Source: Paludibacteraceae bacterium | Lineage (GTDB): Bacteria > Bacteroidota > Bacteroidia > Bacteroidales > Paludibacteraceae | Direction: 5' to 3' | DNA: 64,000 bases | NCBI GenBank assembly: GCA_942493025.1 | Contig: OW818663.1 | Coordinates: 2,258-66,257, forward strand | Translations under genes and position numbers: made by a program | The notes under the pieces: generated by a model | The model's database searches: none | The model's input: only the letters and a program-made list of their open reading frames with translations | What the model was told of the DNA's origin: nothing | In this document: positions 22,127 to 31,632 of the stretch, piece by piece | Numbering within the stretch: the stretch's first letter is position 1 | How the letters are laid out: each line of letters begins with the position of its first letter

Positions 22127-22359
22127 AGTTTTTCGTTCAACTTTAATTAGGAATAAATCATTTATAGATGCAAAAAGTAAAAAGGATAAAATCTCTATGC
22201 TGAATTGTTGGGATTGATGAGGGATTTCAATTTTGCACTCAATTTGAAAGTATAGTTGTTTATTCCCTATAATTCATTACGATACATTCTATTATTTGCC
22301 TTAATTTTCTTATTTTTGTGGCTCGAAAATTGCTATCGTTTTCGGCAAATAACCAAAGC

Positions 22360-23607
22360 ATGAAAAAACTATTTTTCTTACTTTTCATTTCGCTCTGTTT
22401 GAGTCTCACGGCGCAAACTGTTTACCGTACTCAACTGTTTCAATCCAATATTAAAACGCTTCAATTCAATGTGCAGGGTGAAACAATGGGCTTGCCAGTC
22501 ATTGAACTGAATGGCTCGTCGGTGTTACAATTGAGCTTCGACGAAATGTCGCACGAAGCACATTCCTACAGCTTCAAGGTGTTGCATTGCAATGCCGATT
22601 GGACACTTTCAAATTTGAATTCCAACGAATACATTGCAGGGTTTACCACCGGCAATATAACCGATTATGTGCAATCGTTGAATACCACTGTTTTATATAC
22701 TCATTACAAATTTAATTTGCCCAACGATGATATGAATTTTAAATTATCGGGTAATTATGTGGTGGAGATTTACGAGGATAATCAAACGGATAAGCCTATT
22801 GCCCGCGCTTGTTTCTCGATTGTAGACCCACGGATAAATATTTCAGCAAATTTGAGAGGGAATACCGATACGGAAGTGAACGGGCGATTGCAGCAACTGG
22901 ACGTTGAAGTGAACCTGAACGGTTATCCGGTTCGCGATGCTGCTACGGAACTAAAGATGATCGTGCGACAAAATAATAGGTTCGACAACCAGGTTTCTGA
23001 TCTTAAACCGAGCTATTTTTCCGGTTCAAAACTAAGCTATATCAATAATAAAATGTTGATTTTTGATGGTGGATATGAGTATCACCGTTTCGATATTTCG
23101 TCGGTGTATGCTGCCGGTGTAGGAGTTGCCGGGGTTAAATTTCAACAGGGTTTTTATCATGCTACGCTTTATGATGACAAACTTCAAACTTCAAAATTGT
23201 ATATGGAGGAGATGGATGTGAATGGAAAGTTTGTGGTGAACATGCAGCGCGCGAATGATAATGATACGGAAGCCGATTATATATATATGCACGTCAATCT
23301 GCCTGTAAAACAACCTTTTTTCGATGGACAGGTTTATTTGGGTGGTGAGTTCAATTATAACCTGCTGGATGACGCTTCACGGTTAAAATACGACGTGGAT
23401 GCAGGGGCTTATTCACATACATTATTGCTGAAACAAGGAGGCTATAATTATCAATACTGGTTTGTGCCGAAAGGAACAACCAAAGCCTCGCCCGAACGAA
23501 TTGATGGCAATCACTGGGAGACAAAAAATCAATACACGGTTTATGTTTATCATCGTGCGTGGGGCGAACGGTACGATCGGCTGGTGGGTGTGAAAAATAT
23601 GGAATAA
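22360..23607 (+). CDS. DUF5103-type protein, probable T9SS plug protein (likely start 22360)
   Basis: Signal peptide, LSFDEM, HCNADWTLS, YTHY, SGNY, GGYEYHRFD, LLKQGGYNYQY, ETKNQYTVYVY; TATTTTTG -7 element at 22311. Confidence 0.8.
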   Translation: MKKLFFLLFISLCLSLTAQTVYRTQLFQSNIKTLQFNVQGETMGLPVIELNGSSVLQLSFDEMSHEAHSYSFKVLHCNADWTLSNLNSNEYIAGFTTGNITDYVQSLNTTVLYTHYKFNLPNDDMNFKLSGNYVVEIYEDNQTDKPIARACFSIVDPRINISANLRGNTDTEVNGRLQQLDVEVNLNGYPVRDAATELKMIVRQNNRFDNQVSDLKPSYFSGSKLSYINNKMLIFDGGYEYHRFDISSVYAAGVGVAGVKFQQGFYHATLYDDKLQTSKLYMEEMDVNGKFVVNMQRANDNDTEADYIYMHVNLPVKQPFFDGQVYLGGEFNYNLLDDASRLKYDVDAGAYSHTLLLKQGGYNYQYWFVPKGTTKASPERIDGNHWETKNQYTVYVYHRAWGERYDRLVGVKNME

Positions 23608-23700
23608 CTGGGAATTGGTTTATTAGTTAATAGGATAAGAGTTTATTGGTTAAGTGCGAGCATCAACCAATTCCCAATTAACCAATCAGCCAATTTCCAA
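23606..23700. repeat. Imperfect inverted cluster of AACCAAT/ATTGGTT-type short repeats
   Basis: ttggtttattagtt...ttattggtt versus aaccaattcccaattaaccaatcagccaa. Confidence 0.55.
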
Positions 23701-23738
23701 TGAACAACAATAAAACAAATCAACTATTTTATAAAGCA

Positions 23739-25004
23739 ATGAAAGTTTACAAATTTGGTGGAGCGTCGGTGCGCTCAGCGGAAGGGATTCGGAATATCGC
23801 TCACATTGTGTCGGGCGTGAGTGATAATTTATTTATCGTGGTGTCGGCCATGGGTAAAACCACCAATGCTATGGAAGTGGTGTTGGACTTGTTTATGAAA
23901 GCCGATCACAAAGCTTCGTTGGCAAAGCTTGCTGAGGTAGAGGACTACCACTACGAAATTATTGCTGAACTTTTTGCCGATAAAACCAAAGGGAATGCAG
24001 CCGTAGAACCTCTTTTTGCCGAGCTTAAAACTTACCTGACTGAAGGAGTTGGTGATGAGTATGATCGTTGGTACGACCGGTTGGTGTCTTATGGCGAAGT
24101 TATTTCTACACGCATTGTGTCGGCTTTTCTGGCCGAGTCGGGCATTGCCAACGAGTGGGTGGATATGCGCGGATTGTTGGTAACGGATAGTAATTACCGC
24201 GAAGCCAATGTACGCATGGAAGATTCACAGGTGCGTTTGCAAAAGGTGGCTGATTTTAGCAACAACCGTATTTATCTCGGACAAGGTTTTATTGGAGCCA
24301 ATATCAAAGGCGACCCTACGACTCTTGGGCGCGAGGGTTCTGATTATTCGGCGGCTGTGGTTGGAAATTTATTGAATGCCGAAAGTGTTTCTATTTGGAA
24401 AGATGTGCCGGGTATCTTGAATGCTGACCCGCGCTTGTTCGAAAATACAGTGCTTATTCCGGAAATGACCTATCTTGATGCAGTAGAGTTAGCCTACAGT
24501 GGTGCTCAGATTATTCACCCGAAAACGATTAAACCGCTTCAAAATAAAAATATTCCTTTGTTTGTTCGTCCGTTTGGAAGTCCTTCCGAAGCGGGTTCGG
24601 TGATTAAAGCTACCACCGAAAAGCCTATCGATGTTCCGGTTCTTATTTTGCGCAAGAATCAAGTGCTGATTACCGTGCGTCCGCGCGATTTCTCGTTTGT
24701 ATTGGAAGAAAGTCTTTCGAAAGCATTTGCAGTGATGAACAAACACCGATTGAAAGTTTCGTTGATTCAAAGTTCGGCCATTAGTATCTCGGTTTGCGTG
24801 GATAACTCGCGTTATCTGTCGGGAGCGTTGGACGAATTGGGCAATGATTTTAATGTGAATTATAATGATAATTTGGAACTGCTGACAATTAGAGGTCTTG
24901 CAGACGGAATTGTGGAGAAGACTACTACTGGTCGTACCATTTTATTGAAGCAAGAAACGCGCAGAAGTGGCCGGTTCTTGATGAGAGAGGAAGTTAATTC
25001 ATAA
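23739..25004 (+). CDS. lysC: Aspartate kinase (likely start 23739)
   Basis: KFGGASV, VVSAMGKTTN, TLGREGSDYSA, WKDVPG, ADPR, HPKTIKP; C-terminal ACT-like region. Confidence 0.95.
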   Translation: MKVYKFGGASVRSAEGIRNIAHIVSGVSDNLFIVVSAMGKTTNAMEVVLDLFMKADHKASLAKLAEVEDYHYEIIAELFADKTKGNAAVEPLFAELKTYLTEGVGDEYDRWYDRLVSYGEVISTRIVSAFLAESGIANEWVDMRGLLVTDSNYREANVRMEDSQVRLQKVADFSNNRIYLGQGFIGANIKGDPTTLGREGSDYSAAVVGNLLNAESVSIWKDVPGILNADPRLFENTVLIPEMTYLDAVELAYSGAQIIHPKTIKPLQNKNIPLFVRPFGSPSEAGSVIKATTEKPIDVPVLILRKNQVLITVRPRDFSFVLEESLSKAFAVMNKHRLKVSLIQSSAISISVCVDNSRYLSGALDELGNDFNVNYNDNLELLTIRGLADGIVEKTTTGRTILLKQETRRSGRFLMREEVNS

Positions 25005-25045
25005 TTCATAATGCACAATTCATAATGCACAATTCATAATTCATT
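24994..25045 (+). repeat. Heptamer tandem repeat AATTCAT/AATGCAC overlapping the lysC stop
   Basis: aattcataattcataatgcacaattcataatgcacaattcataattcatt. Confidence 0.85.
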
Positions 25046-25060
25046 GTGAGTTTGTAAATA

Positions 25061-25096
25061 AGAAACGCCTTCTGATTATTTCAGAAGGCGTTTTTG
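25061..25096. terminator. Bidirectional terminator between lysC and putA
   Basis: AAACGCCTTCTGA-TTATT-TCAGAAGGCGTTTTT. Confidence 0.85.
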
Positions 25097-25126
25097 CATT
25101 TAGTAAAATGATGATGAATTCTAACT

Positions 25127-28100
25127 TTAATCTTCTGTTTCCACCGTTTCGGTAATGCTGCCGTAGCGGTGATATTCGAACGCAATGCTTTGCTCTTTTA
25201 CGTAATGGAGCAATTCCACGCGTCCTTCGATGATGGGTTTTGCCGTGGCTATGTATTTTCCAAGTTGGGCAGCTTTGAGTATCATTTCTTTTGAAATGTC
25301 AGAGCTACAGGTACGGATACGTTCGTAGTCGTCCATCTCTTCCAAAAATTCCGCTTCGGATTGAATAAGAATATCACATTCTTTGTTGATGCAATTTTTC
25401 AGCACTTCCAACTTATAATCTTCGGGGGCAATGCTCAGGGTGATGGGGGTACCCACAACGTCTGCAGCAGTTAGAATCATAAATATATCACTCAATTCGT
25501 CGGTGGCTTGCACGCGCAGTGCCATGCTTTTCAGCGGCAAATAGCGGAAAGTGTTCCGTTCGCCGAGTAGATTATTGATATCGAGTTCCAACGAGAATTC
25601 GTGCTTCCAGTTTTTCAAATAGCTTTCTACAGCCGTTTGGAAACGGGTGTTTTCTTTTACATTCAGCATACTTGCAAACGATTTGTAAGCCGTTTCTTTT
25701 ATCTCTTTGGCTTTATATTCAGCGTTTTCGGCAATGTTTACAAAGCACGAAACATAATTGCGCCCGCCGGCTTTGATGCCACCGCCAAAGGCCGACCGTT
25801 TCATGCCGCCGAATGGTTGGCGGTTGACAATTGCACCTGTGATGCCGCGGTTGATGTACAAATTACCCGCTTCGATGTTTGTTTTCCAATGATGTTGTTC
25901 GGTTTCATCCAAACTTTGAAGTCCGGAGGTCAGTCCAAAATCGGTATGGTTGTTCAATAAATCGATGCCATGATCTAGATCATCAATGCAGACAACGGCT
26001 AACAATGGAGCGAATAATTCATTTTTAAACGTAAAACTACCCGGTTTTACGCCCCATTTTACTGATGGTTTAAGGATGAATTTCTTCTCATCAACGAACT
26101 CCGATTTCACCAGCCACCATTCGCCTTCTTCCAAATGGTTGATGGCCTGCAGCAGTTTGTCGTTTTCGTTGGTAATCATGGGACCAACAACATTGCCGCC
26201 ATTCCATACACCACCAACCTGCAAACTTGTTACGGCATCGGTGAGTTTTGTTTTGAAGTCAGGATCGTTGTACACCTCCTTTTCGAGCAATAACAACGAA
26301 CAAGCCGAACATTTCTGACCGGCATTGCTGAATGCCGATGTTACAATGTTCTGAATAGCATGGTCTCGATCGCCACTGGCGGTGAGGATAATGCCGTTTT
26401 TACCACCGGTCTCGGCCGAGAGTGGACAGGCGGGGTTATTTTCCAACAAGCGGAAAGCAGTATCTGTTCCACCTGTGAGGATAATGTGTTTGATAGACGG
26501 ATGGGCGGTAAGGTAAGTCAATGGTTCGCGACCGTCGGTACATACTACCTGCAAGGCGTCTTTGGGTACGCCGGCAGCCCAAAACGATTTAGCAAACTCC
26601 CACGCCACCGGCAATGCCACCGATGCCGGTTTGAGAATTACGGTGTTTCCACCCGCCAAAGCAGCTGCTACACCACCCACGGGAATAGCCAATGGAAAAT
26701 TCCATGGAGGAATGACCAGCACAATGCCTTTTGGGGTATAAGTGATGGTGTTCAGTTCGGCAAAAGCCTTCATGCTGACCGGATAATAGCGACAAAAATC
26801 GATGGCTTCGGATATTTCCACATCCCCTTCGCCAAATGTTTTACCGGTGATGGCCGACATGCAACCAATCAGATTACCGCGGTCGTTGCCGAGGTTTTCG
26901 GCCACCTGATGAAGAATACGGTTGCGATCGTCCAGAGAAGTGCTGCGCCACTTTGAAGCATCTGTTTCGGCTATAGCAATGATTTCTTTTACTTGTTCCA
27001 GATTAGAGACACTGGCTTCGCAAACACATATTTCTTCTGTCTGACTGCGGTCGAAGTAGCGCAGTTTCTTATCCGAAGTGAATTCTTTCTCACCCATCTG
27101 TACGGGGATAGCATAGGGCTTATCGGCAGTAGTTTTCTTCCATTGATTGCGGATACCGTCGGCCCACAAACGATTTTGTTTTAAATCGAAATCAGTATCC
27201 GGCTCGTTTCTGAAAGTGGATAGTTGATAGTTGACAGTTGACGGTTCATTCTTTTGAGTTTTATCAGATATTGCGTCTGAAACCCCCTTCAGGGGGTAGG
27301 GGGTTGTTCTGTCTTGTGTCCGGTATGATTTTGCTTCAATTTTGTCCTTCAAGCCGTAGGCATCCATAAACTGTTGTTGCAGAAAATGCCATTGTTTACT
27401 GTCGTATTTAAGGTTGAATGAGTAGCTGAGGAAATTGTCTTTCCCGGTATTCTCATCCAGTCGGCGAACAAGGTAAGAGACTGCATTGAGGAAATGCTCG
27501 TTTTTTACCACCGGCGTGTACAAAATAATTTGCTTGCCCAGGTTGCGCATCACGCGGGGTAAGTGATTGGCCATTCCTTCCAACATCTCGAAGGTGACTT
27601 GTTCTTCCACACCCATTTTTTTGCTCAACAGGTAGGCATAGCCAATGCTAAAGAAATTGTGCGACGCAACTCCAACGTGCAATGCCTTGGCGTTTTCGGG
27701 TTCAAGGGCTCGATCGAGAATGTGCAGGTAGTTGGCATCCACTTCCACTTTGCTGCCCAATACCGGATTTTCCCAGCCTTTGAGCGACGAAACAATGCTT
27801 TCCATTTGCAGATTCGCCCCTTTTACCAACCGCATTTTTAAATGTGCTCCACCATTTGCACATCTTTCTTTGGCAAACGCCAGCAGTTCGCTTTGCAAGT
27901 TCCACGCATCAGGTAAATAAGCCTGAATGACAATGCCTGCAGAGTAGTTTTTAAACTGAGGTAAAGCCAGCACCGTTTTAAACACATCCAGCGTTAACTC
28001 GGCATCCTTGTATTCTTCCATGTCGAGGTTCACAAACTTGGAGCGACTGACTCCATTGTCGTCGGTGTATGGGTATTCGATTGATTGTTGGTAGATACGA

Positions 28101-28708
28101 GCCAGTCGTTCGCACAAATCCACCTTGTTTTTGGCATAGTTGAGCGGGTTTATTTGCGCGTAGATACCCGAAATTTTGATAGAGATATAATTAATCTGCG
28201 GATCTTTGAGTGCTTCCAGATAATGTTCGTAACGATGATTGGCCTCTCCGTTGCCGAGTACCACTTCGCCCAACAGGTTGACGTTTTGACCAATTTGTTG
28301 CTTGCGACGTTCGGTGAGATGATGGTTTAGAAAGGATGCCTTTTCGTTGATAATCACTTTGGATGTGTCGGAGCGGAGGCGTTGTTTAAAAATTGGGACG
28401 GCTATAAAATCGAACCAATAGCCGAAGGAAGTGAAGAGTTTAAGGAGAAAAGCATCGGTGGAACTGAAAAACTGCGGCACACCGTACCGTTCAATCAGCA
28501 CCTTCATGCGGCGGGCTAATAATTTATTGTCGTGTATTTGCGACGATTCGTCGAGCATTTTCGAAAGCAGCGTTTTATCATTCGGATTCTGAATGAGGAT
28601 AGCGTACTTTTTTTGTTCTTTCAACTCGTCGCCGGTAATTTCTTTTTCTGATTTGGCAAGAAAGTCTTTTGCCCAATCAAGGACTTCTGTGGTGCTTATT
28701 TTTTCCAT
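25127..28708 (-). CDS. putA: Bifunctional proline dehydrogenase / P5C dehydrogenase
   Basis: LDMEEY, RLVKGAN, VASHN, VRRLDEN, NEPDTDF; ALDH part PPWNFPLAI, LTGGT, ETGGKN, GQKCSA, GAIVNRQPFGG. Confidence 0.95.
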   Translation of the reverse strand: MEKISTTEVLDWAKDFLAKSEKEITGDELKEQKKYAILIQNPNDKTLLSKMLDESSQIHDNKLLARRMKVLIERYGVPQFFSSTDAFLLKLFTSFGYWFDFIAVPIFKQRLRSDTSKVIINEKASFLNHHLTERRKQQIGQNVNLLGEVVLGNGEANHRYEHYLEALKDPQINYISIKISGIYAQINPLNYAKNKVDLCERLARIYQQSIEYPYTDDNGVSRSKFVNLDMEEYKDAELTLDVFKTVLALPQFKNYSAGIVIQAYLPDAWNLQSELLAFAKERCANGGAHLKMRLVKGANLQMESIVSSLKGWENPVLGSKVEVDANYLHILDRALEPENAKALHVGVASHNFFSIGYAYLLSKKMGVEEQVTFEMLEGMANHLPRVMRNLGKQIILYTPVVKNEHFLNAVSYLVRRLDENTGKDNFLSYSFNLKYDSKQWHFLQQQFMDAYGLKDKIEAKSYRTQDRTTPYPLKGVSDAISDKTQKNEPSTVNYQLSTFRNEPDTDFDLKQNRLWADGIRNQWKKTTADKPYAIPVQMGEKEFTSDKKLRYFDRSQTEEICVCEASVSNLEQVKEIIAIAETDASKWRSTSLDDRNRILHQVAENLGNDRGNLIGCMSAITGKTFGEGDVEISEAIDFCRYYPVSMKAFAELNTITYTPKGIVLVIPPWNFPLAIPVGGVAAALAGGNTVILKPASVALPVAWEFAKSFWAAGVPKDALQVVCTDGREPLTYLTAHPSIKHIILTGGTDTAFRLLENNPACPLSAETGGKNGIILTASGDRDHAIQNIVTSAFSNAGQKCSACSLLLLEKEVYNDPDFKTKLTDAVTSLQVGGVWNGGNVVGPMITNENDKLLQAINHLEEGEWWLVKSEFVDEKKFILKPSVKWGVKPGSFTFKNELFAPLLAVVCIDDLDHGIDLLNNHTDFGLTSGLQSLDETEQHHWKTNIEAGNLYINRGITGAIVNRQPFGGMKRSAFGGGIKAGGRNYVSCFVNIAENAEYKAKEIKETAYKSFASMLNVKENTRFQTAVESYLKNWKHEFSLELDINNLLGERNTFRYLPLKSMALRVQATDELSDIFMILTAADVVGTPITLSIAPEDYKLEVLKNCINKECDILIQSEAEFLEEMDDYERIRTCSSDISKEMILKAAQLGKYIATAKPIIEGRVELLHYVKEQSIAFEYHRYGSITETVETED

Positions 28709-28802
28709 AAAAACTTCATTGTTTAAAATTCGTCCGAAAGATAATAGAAAAGTATGAAATTTGTATAATTATTAGACTATTCTTTTAGAAAATGGACGAT
28801 CT

Positions 28803-28900
28803 TGACAGTTATCAGTGAACAGTTATCAGTCATCAGTCATCAGTCATCAGTGAACAGTTATCAGTCATCGGTGAACAGTCATCAGTGAACGGTAATCATA
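28803..28900 (+). repeat. Heptamer tandem repeat TCATCAG/TTATCAG/TGAACAG (about 13 units)
   Basis: cagttatcagtgaacagttatcagtcatcagtcatcagtcatcagtgaacagttatcagtcatcggtgaacagtcatcagtgaacggtaatca. Confidence 0.9.
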
Positions 28901-28970
28901 CCTAAGTTGTTTGTCTGGGGAGAGTAAGAAATAGGACTTAGTGCTGAAATGGATAATTGAAGAATGCAAA

Positions 28971-29222
28971 ATGTAAAACTAAGTAATGAGAAAGTAAGAC
29001 ATCGTAATAAAAAAGTAAATAGTAGTTTTGAAAAAATATAATGTAGTAACTAGAAAGTAATATGTATTAATAAAAAAGTAAAAAGACGCATTAAAAAAGT
29101 AAAGTGGAGTAATAATAAAGTAATGATTATTAATTAAAAAGTAAATTGTAATAATTAAAAAGTAAATTGTAGTAATTGAAAAGTAATACTACGGAGTGAA
29201 AAAGTAAAATGTATTATTCTTA
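28971..29222. repeat. Non-coding 21-bp tandem array, 11-12 units, consensus about AAGTAAATTGTAGTAATTAAA
   Basis: AAGTAA core at 28992, 29013, 29055, 29076, 29097, 29118, 29139, 29160, 29181 and 29202 (29034 degenerate); exact 21-bp phase. Confidence 0.92.
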
Positions 29223-29261
29223 TTTGGCATGAACACAGGAAGTGTGTAACCGTTTTATTGT

Positions 29262-30005
29262 TTATTTGCTGAACTTTCTAAAAGTCAGTTTCGAAAGTTG
29301 TTTAAACTCATAACTACTCATTCCGAATACCGATTTTACATAGTTTTTTACATCAACTGATAGGTCGACTAGTCCTGTAAGAGGTGCTTCCTGAATCTTG
29401 TTGCGGGTGCTACGTGCACTTTTAAGTGCTATGGTGGCTATTGTTGCTCTGTTGTGTTTCGTTTTCAGGTTGTTGCTAAAAGTGCGCAAACCTATTGGCT
29501 TTAGAGTTTCTTCGTTGGGAGCGTATTCAGGAATCGATTCGAAATATGCAATTAGTTCGTCGAAGTTGGCAATGCGATTATCGAAACTCATTTGTGAAGT
29601 TGATTTTTCTTTCATGTCACTTCCTTCGGTGTTCATTGCTTGTGGGTCGGGTGTCGATTTCTTAGTGGCTTTATTCCCCTGAATTTTGCGAACAAGTGCT
29701 TTGGCGTTATTGTCCTGCCGGCCAATGGTGCTGCTTGCTTTAATGGCACTTATAGTTCTGCTGGTGAGTGGAGTGAGCAATTTAAATGTTTCGGCACGCT
29801 CGGCAGTAGCGTTTTTGTATTCTGCTTTGGCTACGTTTAGTACATGTGTTGCGTCTAGAGCATTGCTTGCCACTTGTTGCAGTTGGGGTATTTGTATAGC
29901 TTCTCTCGATGGGTTGTAGGCCGAACCGAAACTAATAACGGTGCTGATTAATTGCTGCCAGTTGGCAAGGTTTTTCGAATAACCTACTTCTGAAATTTCA
30001 CTCAT
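29262..30005 (-). CDS. Hypothetical, predicted largely alpha-helical cytoplasmic protein (likely start 30005)
   Basis: Long ORF with own TATCTTTG -7 element (30099-30106); SEVGYSKNLANW..YNPS, SQMSFDNRIANF, YAPNE, VKNYVKSVFG; I recall similar Bacteroidota hypothetical proteins but know no function. Confidence 0.8.
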   Translation of the reverse strand: MSEISEVGYSKNLANWQQLISTVISFGSAYNPSREAIQIPQLQQVASNALDATHVLNVAKAEYKNATAERAETFKLLTPLTSRTISAIKASSTIGRQDNNAKALVRKIQGNKATKKSTPDPQAMNTEGSDMKEKSTSQMSFDNRIANFDELIAYFESIPEYAPNEETLKPIGLRTFSNNLKTKHNRATIATIALKSARSTRNKIQEAPLTGLVDLSVDVKNYVKSVFGMSSYEFKQLSKLTFRKFSK

Positions 30006-30422
30006 AATTAAACGATTTATCAGGTTTGAGTATTGAAGATAATTACGATTTTTCTTGGAAATCAATGACTATAATCTGTGTTTTATTGTTGGTTAATGCA
30101 AAGATATATTTTATTATTTAGCAAAAAAACGATTTAATTTTTTTTTGCTAAACAGATTGTTCTTGCGCTTTGCTACGCCTTTTGAGTCTTGAATTTATAG
30201 TGAAAATTATCAATAGTTTTTTTTATTATGTATAAATGGTGTGGATATTTAAAGTGTGGCCTCTGTTGATTATAAAAAATTAAAGTTGTAATTTTGGTGC
30301 GAAAAATTGAATCTAAATATAGTAGGATTCATTCTGCTATTATTTTCAGGGAATAATTGTAAACTAATAATGGGGATGCTGAAAACCAAAACGAGTAAGC
30401 AATAATATTTAAGTTGTGTGTA

Positions 30423-31028
30423 ATGATAAAAAGAAGCAGTCTATTCGTAATCTTGTTTGTGTCAATTGCTAGTTTGGCACAAACCACAAAATTGCCAAAT
30501 GGTATTTATTTAAATGTTGAGCAATTGAAGAATCGAACGCCAGCATTTGATGTGAACTTGTCGGTGGTTAAAAGAACTTCGGGAGACATATTTATGCTGG
30601 GTGGAAATGACTATAAACTTATATCGAACGTCGATTCTATTGATAAAAAGTATATTGCAAAAAAAGTATTTGCTTATGTGAAAAGTGATTCGCTGTTTCT
30701 TAATTGTTTTCCTCATAAATTGCAGCAATGGTATACATTAAGTGATAATTCGACAGGTAATTATTTGGTGTTTAAGGCCTGTATGTCACTTGATAGAGCA
30801 ACTTCAGTTGCCATGTTTACCGGCGGATTGGGAGCAGGATTTGCAGCAGGGAAAAGATATTTGTATGTGCTTAATTTACATAATGGTTTAATAATACCAC
30901 TGAATGAAAAAACGATGTTGGAGCTGTTGGCTGGAAAATCCGAGTTGCGTTCCAGTTTTCAAAATAGTGAGGATCGAAGTTCGGAAGTTGTCTTACGGGA
31001 ATATATTGGTAAATTGAATGAGTTGTAA
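30423..31028 (+). CDS. Secreted hypothetical protein (likely start 30423)
   Basis: Signal peptide ending ASLA-Q, GIYLN motif, small hydrophobic GG-rich segment; no recognisable catalytic motif. Confidence 0.65.
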   Translation: MIKRSSLFVILFVSIASLAQTTKLPNGIYLNVEQLKNRTPAFDVNLSVVKRTSGDIFMLGGNDYKLISNVDSIDKKYIAKKVFAYVKSDSLFLNCFPHKLQQWYTLSDNSTGNYLVFKACMSLDRATSVAMFTGGLGAGFAAGKRYLYVLNLHNGLIIPLNEKTMLELLAGKSELRSSFQNSEDRSSEVVLREYIGKLNEL

Positions 31029-31074
31029 TACAATTCTCTATTTTGTATAATTCATCAAAATAGCAAATACATTT

Positions 31075-31551
31075 ATGTCAATCGAAAAAACAAATGCTGC
31101 CCGGCTACTTGACAGAGCGAAAATTCATTACGAATTAGTAGCTTACGAGGTAGATGAAAGTGATTTAAGCGCGGTACATGTTGCCGAACAATTGAACGAG
31201 CCAGTAGAAGCTGTTTTCAAAACACTGGTGCTGAAAGGGGATAAGACAGGCTTTTTTGTCTGTATCATTCCCGGGGCTGAGGAGCTGGATTTGAAAAAGG
31301 CTGCGAAAATTTCGGGCAATAAAAGCTGTGAGATGATTCCGATGAAAGATTTATTATCCATCACAGGGTACATTCGTGGAGCATGTTCGCCTTTGGGGAT
31401 GAAAAAGCGATTCCCTACTTTTATACACGAGAGTTATCGCGATTTTGAGAATATCTACGTCAGTGCCGGAAAGCGCGGATTGCAATTGCACGTGGCACCA
31501 CAAGAACTTATTGCAGAAATAAAAGCAATAGTTGGTTCTTTGATTGCGTAG
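31075..31551 (+). CDS. ybaK: Cys-tRNA(Pro) deacylase
   Basis: KTNAARLL, VFKTLV, GYIRGACSPLGMKK, VSAGKRG. Confidence 0.95.
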   Translation: MSIEKTNAARLLDRAKIHYELVAYEVDESDLSAVHVAEQLNEPVEAVFKTLVLKGDKTGFFVCIIPGAEELDLKKAAKISGNKSCEMIPMKDLLSITGYIRGACSPLGMKKRFPTFIHESYRDFENIYVSAGKRGLQLHVAPQELIAEIKAIVGSLIA

Positions 31552-31632
31552 AATAAGGATAAATCAAGTGTCCAAGAAAATACGAAATAAAAAAGATTAT
31601 CCGTTGTCCTAACAAGATGTATTGTTCGATAA

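Noticed and set aside
23608-23738. Lysine riboswitch upstream of lysC
   Set aside because: The region is too short and consists of simple inverted short repeats without the lysine-riboswitch core.
28971-29222. 21-bp array as a CRISPR or TIGR-type guide array
   Set aside because: Units are too short, the variable parts resemble each other rather than foreign spacers, and no cas or Nop-domain gene is adjacent.
28971-29261. 21-bp array as a heptad-repeat coding sequence
   Set aside because: The downstream ATG frame stops after 13 codons and the + frames contain TAA stops; no ORF of 60 aa or more is present.
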